Shown one piece after another: positions 19,092-28,400 of a DNA stretch of 64,000 bases. Source of the stretch: Vulcanimicrobiota bacterium. GTDB taxonomy: Bacteria; Vulcanimicrobiota; Vulcanimicrobiia; Vulcanimicrobiales; Vulcanimicrobiaceae. The stretch lies in the NCBI GenBank assembly GCA_963723515.1, contig CAVRQT010000002.1, positions 288,001 to 352,000 of the forward strand, given 5' to 3'. The position numbers and the translations under genes are program-made. The first letter of the stretch is position 1. Every line of letters begins with the position of its first letter. The notes under the pieces are model-generated. The model searched no databases, was not told where the DNA came from, and worked only from the letters and a program-made list of their open reading frames with translations.

Positions 19092-19113
19092 GCTGCTAGA
19101 CTAACCGCAGCAT

Positions 19114-20667
19114 ATGCTGCCTCTAACCTTGCTGCCCGAATCGCCCTCGGAAGTCCTTACAGAGGTCCGCAAATCGATGCGTGCCGGAGACTTCTCGTGC
19201 TGTCACGAGATGCTGGACACACTCCCGAATGATCCGTGCACGACACTCCTACGTAGTAGGGTCTTGATTCGCGAAGCGAAACATGCGGCAGCAATCCAAC
19301 ATCTTCTCGAAGTCGAAAGCCAAGTTCAAGATGGCGACCGCGCTCTATGGTGTACTCTGCTCGGAGCAGCGCATGCTTATAGCGGACAGTTTGCTGACGC
19401 TCAAGCCCATTTTGAACGAGCCGCTGCATTGCCGTCAGATGATGACGTCCACCTGGACTTAGTGTACTATCGCGGCACATTAGCCCGATTGCTGCGCGAT
19501 TACGATGCGGCTCTTTCTGCCGCCGCCGTCCTGGAAGCATCAGACGAACACACGTATCGCGGACTCGGCTTCACGCTTCACTCCTGGGTTGAAGTGAATC
19601 GCGGAAACGCCCAAGGCCAGTCGAAGCTACTTGTCCGTGCGCTCGACGCCTTCGAAAAATCGCGCGAACGCGACGAGTACCTGGTGGGCCGCACGTTAAT
19701 GACGCTTGGGGCTCTCTGTCGCGACACCTTTTTGGCCAGCGCCACAAAACGCCTAAAGTCCTCGGCGGAACGAGTTCGGTGGGGGTCGAGCCTGGCGCTG
19801 GACCACTTCCAGGTGACGCGATTTCTCGCTTCGATCGAAGCGCTCGCAGGTAACGAACTTGCGGCTTTTCGTCTGCTCAAGCTCTCCGCCTCGCTAGCAC
19901 CATCGAACGTTTGGAAAGTTCTGCCGTTGCTTGATCGCGCAAAGTTAGCGCGTAGCAATGGCGAAGAAAGTTTCGCCCTTGACCAGCTGTACGAAGCACA
20001 TGCGTTAGCCTCTGAGGTGAACTGGGTTGAAACGCATAACGAAGAGCGCTGTGCGCTTCTCATCCTCGGCGAACTTTTCGCGTCGACTGACCCGCGAATC
20101 GCAACGCAGTATCTTGAAAAGTTTCACGCGCTGCCACCTGTCGATGCGAATCTCGCTTATGCCTCGGATCGGCGCGTCAGCGCCTTCGCCGCGTACTCCG
20201 CCGGCATGGCGCATAAGCAGCTCGGCAATGGCTCCGTCGCGCTGGCCGCGCTTACAGACGCCTGGGATACCTTTGAGGAGTTCGCATATGGCTGGCGGTC
20301 GGCACTCGCCGCTGCAGCGATTTACGAGCTGACCGGTGCCCGCACATGGCTCACCCGCGCACAGCACGCGATTGCGCCGTGGCCGAACAGTTGGATCGCG
20401 CGAAAAGTCGTGCGGCTGGACGCTGAAAAGCCTCCGACTGCTAAACTGACGTCAATGCAGCACCGAATCTACGATTCGCTTCTTGCCGGTCACTCGACGA
20501 AAGAGATTGCTGAAAAGTTGGGACGCAGCCCCAACACGATACGCAATCATATCGCGTCCGTCTTCTTGGCGTTTCGCGTCAAGTCGCGCGCGCAGTTGCT
20601 CTCCACGAGCTTTGCACTTTCCAACGTGAGGTCCGCCGAACAAGCCTACACTCAAGCATCCGCCTAA
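19114..20667 (+). CDS. TPR-like repeat protein with C-terminal LuxR/GerE HTH (transcriptional regulator)
   Basis: Helical repeats such as LLGAAHAYSGQFADAQAHFERA; C-terminal LTSMQHRIYDSLLAGHSTKEIAEKLGRSPNTIRNHIASVFLAFRVKSRAQL. No receiver or ATPase domain. Confidence 0.88.
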   Translation: MLPLTLLPESPSEVLTEVRKSMRAGDFSCCHEMLDTLPNDPCTTLLRSRVLIREAKHAAAIQHLLEVESQVQDGDRALWCTLLGAAHAYSGQFADAQAHFERAAALPSDDDVHLDLVYYRGTLARLLRDYDAALSAAAVLEASDEHTYRGLGFTLHSWVEVNRGNAQGQSKLLVRALDAFEKSRERDEYLVGRTLMTLGALCRDTFLASATKRLKSSAERVRWGSSLALDHFQVTRFLASIEALAGNELAAFRLLKLSASLAPSNVWKVLPLLDRAKLARSNGEESFALDQLYEAHALASEVNWVETHNEERCALLILGELFASTDPRIATQYLEKFHALPPVDANLAYASDRRVSAFAAYSAGMAHKQLGNGSVALAALTDAWDTFEEFAYGWRSALAAAAIYELTGARTWLTRAQHAIAPWPNSWIARKVVRLDAEKPPTAKLTSMQHRIYDSLLAGHSTKEIAEKLGRSPNTIRNHIASVFLAFRVKSRAQLLSTSFALSNVRSAEQAYTQASA

Positions 20668-20676
20668 GGCAAATCT

Positions 20677-21366
20677 TTGAAAATGCTTCCACGTGAGCGC
20701 CTCATCGACACGGGGCAGCTCGATCGTTCGCTCCTGTGCTATCGTCCCGTTGTCGGTTTCTTGCCGCGCGGGCGCTATGAACTTGCGCGTGCGCTGCTGC
20801 CGGCCGAACGCGCTGAACGCGCTCTCGAAATCGGGTACGGCAGCGGCATCTTTATGTCCGAATTGGCTCAACATGCGCGTCAGATCTTCGGCATTGACAT
20901 GCACTCTGAACAGCCCGCGGTTAGGGACGCGCTTGCGCAGGAGCGAATCACCGCGCATCTGGAGTCCGGCAACGGTGCCCACTTGCCGTTCCCGGATAGC
21001 TACTTCGATGTCGCTGTCTCGACGAATGGGTTGGCGTCGGTCTCCGACGTCGGCGCAAGCTGTTTTGAAATCGACCGCGTCCTAAAAGAGGACGGCCGCG
21101 TTATCGTTGTAATTCCGGCGTTCGCGTGGTTCGCTGAAGCGGCATCGCAAGGGGTGTTTGGAAAGAACGTAAGACAACATTCACCCAATAGCCGACAATT
21201 ATTGATGCCGATGCTTCGGCGCCACTTTGAGGTAGAAACCTCGCTGAGTTTTCCCAAATGGCTTTCGAACGCATTGCCGCTCTACCGCGCTCTTCGGCTG
21301 CGAAAACTCGGGTCAAGCACCGCGCCGGACCTGTGGCATGAAGACCCCTTAAGAACGTCCGCTTAG
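20677..21366 (+). CDS. Class I SAM-dependent methyltransferase
   Basis: ALEIGYGSG, GIDMH, LPFPDSYFDV, RVLKEDG. Confidence 0.85.
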   Translation: MKMLPRERLIDTGQLDRSLLCYRPVVGFLPRGRYELARALLPAERAERALEIGYGSGIFMSELAQHARQIFGIDMHSEQPAVRDALAQERITAHLESGNGAHLPFPDSYFDVAVSTNGLASVSDVGASCFEIDRVLKEDGRVIVVIPAFAWFAEAASQGVFGKNVRQHSPNSRQLLMPMLRRHFEVETSLSFPKWLSNALPLYRALRLRKLGSSTAPDLWHEDPLRTSA

Positions 21367-21379
21367 CGGACGCTCCTGT

Positions 21380-22117
21380 TTATGCGGTCAAAGAGGCCCG
21401 GATCCAATAGATCGAGACCGGTGCGCAGGAGTCCCGGCGAAGAACGGCCGCTGCGGCGACATGGCACGCACTGGGACGCGAGATGAAGAATTGCCAGTTC
21501 CCAATGCCGACGGGCCGACCGTTTTCGCGCTGTCCGACCATCAATCGTTCGGGCACGTTCCCCAATCCGTCTCCAAGCGCCTTAACGAACGCCTCCTTCA
21601 AAACCCACTGTTCGAAAAATCGCGCAGCGCGCTGAGGCCGTCCCAAACTTTCAATAAACGCCGCCTCAGGAGCTGTGAGGAAATGTCGTGCGAGCAGCGC
21701 GGTATCAATCGGCCGAGACGTATCTTCGGCATCCACGCCCACTTCGCCGGCTCGACTGACGGCGCAAACGACCAAATTGTCAGTGTGCGTCAGGTTGAAG
21801 CGCAGGGACGCGAAACGCTCCGGCGCGGCGACTGCCGGCTTGCCTTGCGCACCGATCCTAAAACGCCATTCGGAGGGGTTGACGCCTGTGTACCTCGAGA
21901 GCATTGCACGGCATAACGCATGTCCAGCGAGATACTGTTCGCGCATTTCGTCCGTCTCAAACCGCTCGTATTGCGAACGCTCGTCATCTGAAAGCCGAGA
22001 CAACCACGTATTACGCGACGCGCGCGAACGCACTTCGCTTGGCTGCAACTGCCACGCATGCACGGCGCCGAGAAGCGCATCCCACGCACTCGATCTATTC
22101 GAAACTGGCGTCGCCAT
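21380..22117 (-). CDS. Sfp-type 4'-phosphopantetheinyl transferase
   Basis: GKP, FNLTHT, VGVDAE, WVLKEAFVKALGDGL. Confidence 0.93.
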   Translation of the reverse strand: MATPVSNRSSAWDALLGAVHAWQLQPSEVRSRASRNTWLSRLSDDERSQYERFETDEMREQYLAGHALCRAMLSRYTGVNPSEWRFRIGAQGKPAVAAPERFASLRFNLTHTDNLVVCAVSRAGEVGVDAEDTSRPIDTALLARHFLTAPEAAFIESLGRPQRAARFFEQWVLKEAFVKALGDGLGNVPERLMVGQRENGRPVGIGNWQFFISRPSACHVAAAAVLRRDSCAPVSIYWIRASLTA

Positions 22118-23196
22118 CGTACGCTGAAGGATCCCAAAATCGCGATTCGCTTAGCTCAGCCTCGAGCGCCTGATCGCCGGCTCTGTAAAAAAACTTCCAG
22201 TTCTCAAGCTTCTTACGATAGGGCGCGCACGCATCAAGCGCTCGCATCTTGGGGATCCCACGCCCTAGATGTTCGAGAATATACAAATTCTCAGCGGCGC
22301 ATCGCTGTAGCACAGCCCGAAGAAACACTGGCAAGAAATCACCTGCGACGTCGAGGCTTTGGTAGTCGACAAGCCTCATTCCCCGAAGTTCGCGTGTCGC
22401 CATGCGGCAGAGCCGGCAGCCGAAAGGCATGATCTTGGTACGTCAGGGTGCAGTAGGCGCGCAGCTTACCGTTTCGGGAAGCGGTAAACGCCCACAACCT
22501 GCCCTTACGTAACGGTGCGGCAAAATGCCAGGAAAGAGCTTGCGAAGTGCGCTCGGCTAACAACTTCTCAGGTTGCTCGCGCACGAGCTCTTCCCAGAAT
22601 ACATCAAACCGCGAGTCGAAGCGATCTATGCTTTCGATCGTAAAAGGCCCTCGCATCTTTGGAAGCCGTTTGTGGGGAACAGCATCCTTCCAGCACAGCA
22701 TTGCATCCGGATGGAAGCCGGTCACCCAATATGAAATGGTGTCCCATTCCCCTAGCGGGATGCGTTTACAGAATTGGCTGAACGATTCAAGTGCCGGGAC
22801 GCTGACGGCATTGTTGATGAAGAGATCGACGCCTGACTGATTGAGATATTCGTCCATGAGCTGAAGAGCGAATCCCCGATACGCCGCAGTAACGAACCAG
22901 GCACGCGAAACAGCTGAGATCAGATCTTCTCCTCGGAACTTGTACCGTGAGCGAACGGTGCCCATGGTGCCGACAATCTCGCCGTCCGGGAGCTCAAGCA
23001 CCCACCCGATCGGAAAATCGTTGCCCGACTTCGATCGAAGCGGATTGTCGATCCATAGAGTGCTCCAATCCTCGTACTGCGGAACATCCAGCGAATGCGC
23101 TAATCCGAGGCGCCGAATTTCTGAGTAATCCTCAAGGCGCGCGGAACGAAGTGTCGGAGCGGGGCGCGCCGCAACAAGCGGAAGCGACGCATTCAT
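22095..23196 (-). CDS. GNAT-fold-like protein, paralogue 2 (frameshift at about 22390)
   Basis: ORFs 22339..23196 and 22095..22430 together are collinear with 23193..24326 (PIGWVLE, W.V...YRG.ALQL, FD.RFD.FWEEL, VDYQSL, FWDPS..DGDA). Confidence 0.7.
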
Positions 23197-24326
23197 AGCG
23201 TGGCGTCACCATCGAAAAGTGAAGGGTCCCAAAACTGCGGCTGTCGCAGCTCCGCGTCGAGTTTCGCATTCGCTGCACGATAAAAAAATATCGAGTTCGG
23301 GAGCTTTTGGCGATACGGAGCACACTGGTCAAAAGCCCGCATCTTCGGCACACCGACGCCGACGTTTTGCAGTACATAACACCCTTCTGCGGCGCAGCAT
23401 CGAAGTGCCGCGCGAAGAAAAGACGGCAATAGGTCGGCCCCCAGCTCAAGGCTCTGGTAATCCACAACAGACATGCGACAGCCGCCCGCGGTTGGTTGCC
23501 GCCGCAGAACGCAATAGCCGCGTAGCCGTCCGCTGTTCGATGCGGTGAAGATCAACAATCGGTTCCTGCGAATAGCGCCCTCAAAATGCCACATGAGGGC
23601 GCGGCTGCTACGCTCGGCCAACAATTTATCGTAATTTTCGCGCACGAGTTCTTCCCAAAATGTGTCGAACCGGGCGTCGAACGTGTCCGTACGTTCAACG
23701 ACGAGAGAACGCTCGGATTTCGGGAGCGTTTTGCTGGAGAGCGCGTGCTTTAGCCGTAGCGAACCAGCGGCGGGATATGCGAGCAACGGCGCCAGCGGCA
23801 CACGATATTTTTTAAGCGCTCGCTCGGCAAATGAAAGATACCCTGTTATAAAGTACGACATCATGTCCCATCGGCCGAGCGGAATGGGTCCGTACAACTG
23901 GCTGAGCGTCGGGAACGCGGCGCGGCCGACCGTAGTACTGATTAACAGATCGACGGGTTGCTCAAAATACTCCTCGATCAGTTGCAGGGCATATCCCCGA
24001 TACGGAGCTTTGACGCACCACGCAGCGCTGGCACCCGCAACCAGATCGCTTCCCCGCCATTTGTAGCGTATCGGAATCGTCTCCATCGAGCCGACGATCT
24101 CGTGTTTGGCCGTTTCTAATACCCAGCCGATTGGCGAGTCTTTGCCTAACTGCCACCAGATCGGGTTGTCAACCCAACGATGACGCCAGTCCTCGAACGA
24201 TGGAGGTTCGAGCGCATATTCTTGGAGCAGCGTGCGAATGTCTTCGTAATCATCAAAGCGCATCGGACGCAGGTCCGGCGCATGAAGCAACGCATCAATA
24301 TGTCCGCTTACTGCGGGCGAACTCAT
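23193..24326 (-). CDS. GNAT-fold-like protein, paralogue 1
   Basis: EIVGSM..IP, AWCVKAPYRGYALQLI resembles GNAT motif A; translationally coupled to the P450. Confidence 0.7.
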   Translation of the reverse strand: MSSPAVSGHIDALLHAPDLRPMRFDDYEDIRTLLQEYALEPPSFEDWRHRWVDNPIWWQLGKDSPIGWVLETAKHEIVGSMETIPIRYKWRGSDLVAGASAAWCVKAPYRGYALQLIEEYFEQPVDLLISTTVGRAAFPTLSQLYGPIPLGRWDMMSYFITGYLSFAERALKKYRVPLAPLLAYPAAGSLRLKHALSSKTLPKSERSLVVERTDTFDARFDTFWEELVRENYDKLLAERSSRALMWHFEGAIRRNRLLIFTASNSGRLRGYCVLRRQPTAGGCRMSVVDYQSLELGADLLPSFLRAALRCCAAEGCYVLQNVGVGVPKMRAFDQCAPYRQKLPNSIFFYRAANAKLDAELRQPQFWDPSLFDGDATL

Positions 24327-25562
24327 GCGTTCGCTTCGTATAATAGGCGTAGCGACTTTAAGCCGCGCAAGCCCAGGTTCTCACGCCAGTCCAGTTTTTG
24401 ATTCGTGAGCTCAAGCCGCGGGAATCGCGCCAAAAGCGTTTCAAAGGCAATCTGCCCTTCCAAACGCGCCAGCGGCGCTCCGAAACAGAAGTGAGCAGCC
24501 CACCCGAATGCCAAATGTCGATTGTCTGCTCGCTCGAAATCGAGCTCGTCTGGGTCAGAGAATCGCTCGGGGTCGCGATTGCCGGCGGCCATAACCGCAA
24601 TCACCGCGTCGCGCTTACGGATCTGCTTTCCGCCGAGCATGACATCGTTGGGCGCAAGGCGCGCGGTGTGCTGGCTCGGGCTTTCGTAACGCAGTAGCTC
24701 CTCAACGGCCGCCGGTACAAGTGCCAGGCTCTGCGCGCAGTTTTGCAAGATGATCGGGGTTTCGCAACAGCGTGAGAATGCCGTTGCCGATGAGATTTGT
24801 CGTTGTTTCTTGGCCGCCGACCATGGTAACGATGCAATTCGCGATGATCTCTTCATCAGTTAAGCGATCACCGTCGACTTCGCTCGACATCAACGCTTGA
24901 ATTAAGCCGTCGCGAGGAAATTCGCGTTGCTCGCGAATTGCGTTTTCGAAATATGACGTGAGGCGCTCCACCGCGCTCAATACGCCTTCGAGCTGATCCG
25001 GATTGTGCTGAAAATTTCCCAGCATACCGGCAAACGTGGCGGACCAATCCTTGAGTTTGCGATGGTCCTGAACCGGAACGCCGAGCATCTCTGCCGTCAC
25101 GATCGCGGGCAGCGCTTCCGCGAAGTCGCCGAGCAACTCCATTTCGCCCGTTCCACGCAGCACGATGCAATCGAGCAACTGTGTCGCTATTCTTTCGATG
25201 TGGCGCCGCAACTCACGCACACGGGCCGGCATGAACGCCGGAGCGGCAAGCTTGCGTAAGCGAGCGTGCGCCGGTGGGTCCAGAAAGAGCATTTGCTTGA
25301 CCATCACCTTCGCGATCGGGCCGACATGTGGGGCACCCAAGGCCTCAAAAAATTCGGGCGAGGGCGTGCGGTCGGCGGAAAAGCGCGTCAGTACGGTGAT
25401 GACGTCGTCATACCGTGTGACGACCCAGCTATGCAGGTAAGGATCCCAATGCACGGGATCTTCCGTCCGCAATCGACGATAGAGCGGGTAGGGGTCTGCA
25501 AGAACGGCGGGATCGAGCAGATGGTACAGACTCAGCGGAGCTGCCGCCTCGATTGCAGCCAT
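24323..25562 (-). CDS. Cytochrome P450 (frameshift at about 24720)
   Basis: LDPPAHARLRK, I-helix VGGQETT, ExxR (EELLR), heme loop FGWAAHFCFGAPLARLE, split across ORFs 24702..25562 and 24323..24856. Confidence 0.93.
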
Positions 25563-25575
25563 TGATGCGTTCCGG

Positions 25576-27372
25576 TTACCGGGCGCTGATCAGGCCCGCA
25601 ACTTCATTCGCAAGCTCGCGCACGGTTGGCGCGATGAAGATCCGCCGAAGAGGCAATTGCACGCCAAACACTTCGCGAATGCGCGCGACAAGCTGGGCGC
25701 CGAACATCGAATGGCCTCCGATCATAAAGAAGTTTTCATTTGCGCCGATCGACGGGCGACTCATCAGAGAGGCGACCAACTGGCCAATCTCATGCTCAAG
25801 GCCGCTTAACCCACCATTCGTGGCAGAGGCGTCGAGCAACAGGTTCTCAGCGCAAGGAGCGGGCAGCGCCGTCTTGTCCACCTTTCCGTTCCGCATCAAC
25901 GGCAATGCCGCAAGCGAAACAAAAAACGCTGGAATCATGTAGTCCGGCAATTGATCTGCGAGATCTTCGCGCAATTGCTTCTCCGTTAACCGCGCGCCCG
26001 GCGCGGCGACGACATACGCGACCAGCGCGCGTCCCCCCGGAGCGACATCTTTGATTGCAACCGCCGCGGCCAAAACGTTGGAGGATCGGTTCAGGCACGC
26101 CTCGATCTCGCCGAGCTCAATACGGTGTCCGCGGAGTTTCACTTGATCGTCGAAGCGACCCAGAAATTCGATCTCACCGTTATCGAGCAACCGTACGCGA
26201 TCGCCGGTTCGATACAAACGGACCGACTCTCCCGAAGCAGCGATGTAGGTGATAAACTGCTTTGCGGTCAGCTCCGGCATGTTGCAATAGCCACGTCCAA
26301 CCACCGCACCGCCGATGCACAACTCGCCGGGATCGCCTTTTGCTACCGGGCGCAAGGAAGCGTCGAGAATGAAGGCCGTCGCGTTCGTGATGGGAAGGCC
26401 AACGGAGGGCCGCCTTACTTCATTGCCTTCAGGTGCAACGATTCCAGAGGTTGATACGACCGTGCATTCCGACGGACCGTAGTTATTCACGACAGTGAAA
26501 GGCAGTCCGGGGGGCGGGCGCCGTTGGAGCGTATCACCGCCTGTCAACAGCAACCGAAGCGCAGTTTCACGGGGCCAATTGGCGGAAAAGAGTTGCTCGG
26601 CCAGTGCGGTCGCGACAAAAGCAATCGTGATCTGCTCGTCGATGAGCCACGCCTGAAGCGATTCCGAGGAGCGTCGGGTCGATTCATCTGCGATGTGCAG
26701 CGTTGCGCCGGCAGCAAGGTTCGGCCAGATCTCCCAGACGGCCGCGTCGAACCCGAGGCTTGCGAGTTGGCTTGCACGGTCTGCCGGCGTCACGGAAAAC
26801 GCAGACTCATGCCACGTAAGAAGATTGCAGAGGTTTGCATGGGTTATCTTGACGCCTTTGGGCTGGCCCGTCGAACCGGACGTGTAGATAATGTACGCGA
26901 GCGAGTCGTAATCGATCGGAGACTGCACGAACGGCTTCTCAGCGATGCCGTGAACTTGCTCGATTGCGATCAGCGGGCACGGTGCGCCAGCTAGCTCTTC
27001 AGCGAGCGGCGAAGCCGTTATTACGGCCACAGCACCCGCGTCCGTGAAGATCGACAATGCGCGCTTCAGCGGCGTTGAAGGGTCCAACGGCAAGTAAGCC
27101 GCGCCGCTCTTCAGTATCGCCAGCGCGGCAACGACAAACTCAGTGGACCGTTCGAGAAAGATTCCGACGCACCGTTCCGGTTTCGCGCCCGCCTTCTGCA
27201 GCAAAGCAGCAAGGCGGTTCGAGTCGTGTTCGAGATCGCGTCGGGTCAGTCGGCGGTTGACGTCGGCAACCGCGATACGATAAGGATCGGCCGCGGCATG
27301 TGAAGCGATCCGCTCTGGTATCGAATACCGCTTTGCCGTATCAGCGGCCGAGAGCACGCCGATCTCTTTCAT
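25576..27372 (-). CDS. Stand-alone NRPS-like adenylation-thiolation (A-T) didomain, Leu-type pocket
   Basis: YIIYTSGSTGQPKG, FDAAVWE, NNYGPSE, GELCIGG, YRTGD, GRFDDQVKLRGHRIELGEIE, NGKVDK, PCP FFMIGGHS. No C or TE domain. Confidence 0.95.
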   Translation of the reverse strand: MKEIGVLSAADTAKRYSIPERIASHAAADPYRIAVADVNRRLTRRDLEHDSNRLAALLQKAGAKPERCVGIFLERSTEFVVAALAILKSGAAYLPLDPSTPLKRALSIFTDAGAVAVITASPLAEELAGAPCPLIAIEQVHGIAEKPFVQSPIDYDSLAYIIYTSGSTGQPKGVKITHANLCNLLTWHESAFSVTPADRASQLASLGFDAAVWEIWPNLAAGATLHIADESTRRSSESLQAWLIDEQITIAFVATALAEQLFSANWPRETALRLLLTGGDTLQRRPPPGLPFTVVNNYGPSECTVVSTSGIVAPEGNEVRRPSVGLPITNATAFILDASLRPVAKGDPGELCIGGAVVGRGYCNMPELTAKQFITYIAASGESVRLYRTGDRVRLLDNGEIEFLGRFDDQVKLRGHRIELGEIEACLNRSSNVLAAAVAIKDVAPGGRALVAYVVAAPGARLTEKQLREDLADQLPDYMIPAFFVSLAALPLMRNGKVDKTALPAPCAENLLLDASATNGGLSGLEHEIGQLVASLMSRPSIGANENFFMIGGHSMFGAQLVARIREVFGVQLPLRRIFIAPTVRELANEVAGLISAR

Positions 27373-27542
27373 ACCCGCTCGGTCGCAAACAAATGGACGC
27401 ACATACGATCTTTAAAGTCGCACCTTTCCCACGACGCTTCCATTCCGGGCCTCTGCGTGCGTTTCTACGACTCTAAGAGAAAAAGCGCCGGTTGTAACCC
27501 GACGCACCTCCTACACCTTAGGGTAATTGGTAGCTATTGAAC

Positions 27543-27557
27543 TAGGCGAAAGTCCTA
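27543..27557. promoter_or_regulatory. Putative NarL/DosR-like operator box (copy E) upstream of A-T operon
   Basis: TAGGCGAAAGTCCTA, an imperfect palindrome one base shorter than the other copies. Confidence 0.45.
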
Positions 27558-27561
27558 CTGC

Positions 27562-28276
27562 CTATGCGAAGCCGCTCCTTATGGCGTGGACCGCGGCTTG
27601 CGAACGAGCGGAGATGTTCAGCTTTGAGAAAATGCGGCTCACGTGATTCTTAACCGTCTTCTCCGAGAGGGACAATCGAGCGCCGATCTCTTTGTTGGAG
27701 AGTCCCTTCGCGATCAGCGTAACGATCTCGATCTCACGTCTTGAGAGCTCGCACGCGTCGTTGCCGTCGTGCATCGTACGTCTGCGCAGAATACCGCCCG
27801 CAAGACGTGCATCTACGTAGGGATCGCCCTTTGCGACGACCTTAATCGCCTGGCGGAACTCCTGCGGAATGATGTCCTTCATGATATAGCCGCTCGCGCC
27901 GGCGTTGAGACAACGCTGCATCAGTTCGGGCTCGCTGCGGCCCGAAAGAATGCAGACCGCGACGGTCGGCAGCTCCTTGCGGCATTGTGAAACGAGCTCC
28001 GCGACATCCATCAGCGAATATCGGTCCGGCCCGGTGTGCTCGATATCGAGAATGATAACGTCCGGTCGCCGCGCTGCTAAGGCAGCGGAAGCGACAGAAG
28101 GCGCATCGCAGACCACCTGCAAGATCTGGGTCCGCGGCAAGCATCATGCTCAGCGCCTTTGAAAAAAGGCGCTGCGTTTCGATAATCGCCACTTTTACGG
28201 GACGCGCATGCTGGGTGTCCGCGTCGTGTACAAACGACGGAGCGTCGCGGCGCTGGTCAATGAGCGCGGTCGTCAA
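27562..28276 (-). CDS. NarL/FixJ-family response regulator (frameshift at about 28120)
   Basis: VKVAIIETQRLFSKAL joins RPDVIILD...GASGYIMKD...LSRREIEIVTLIAKGLSNKEIGARLSLSEKTVKNHVSRIFSKL. TTG start at 28276 after GGAG. Confidence 0.9.
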
Positions 28277-28400
28277 GAAATATCTCCATTCACAAGCTCG
28301 CACCACGCGCGGCGCGGCCGGTTGGCGGTCACCCTTGGCCCACTGTAAAGGGCGCGACGAAGAACGACCATACCAAGAATTGGGTATTGAGCGTCAGATT

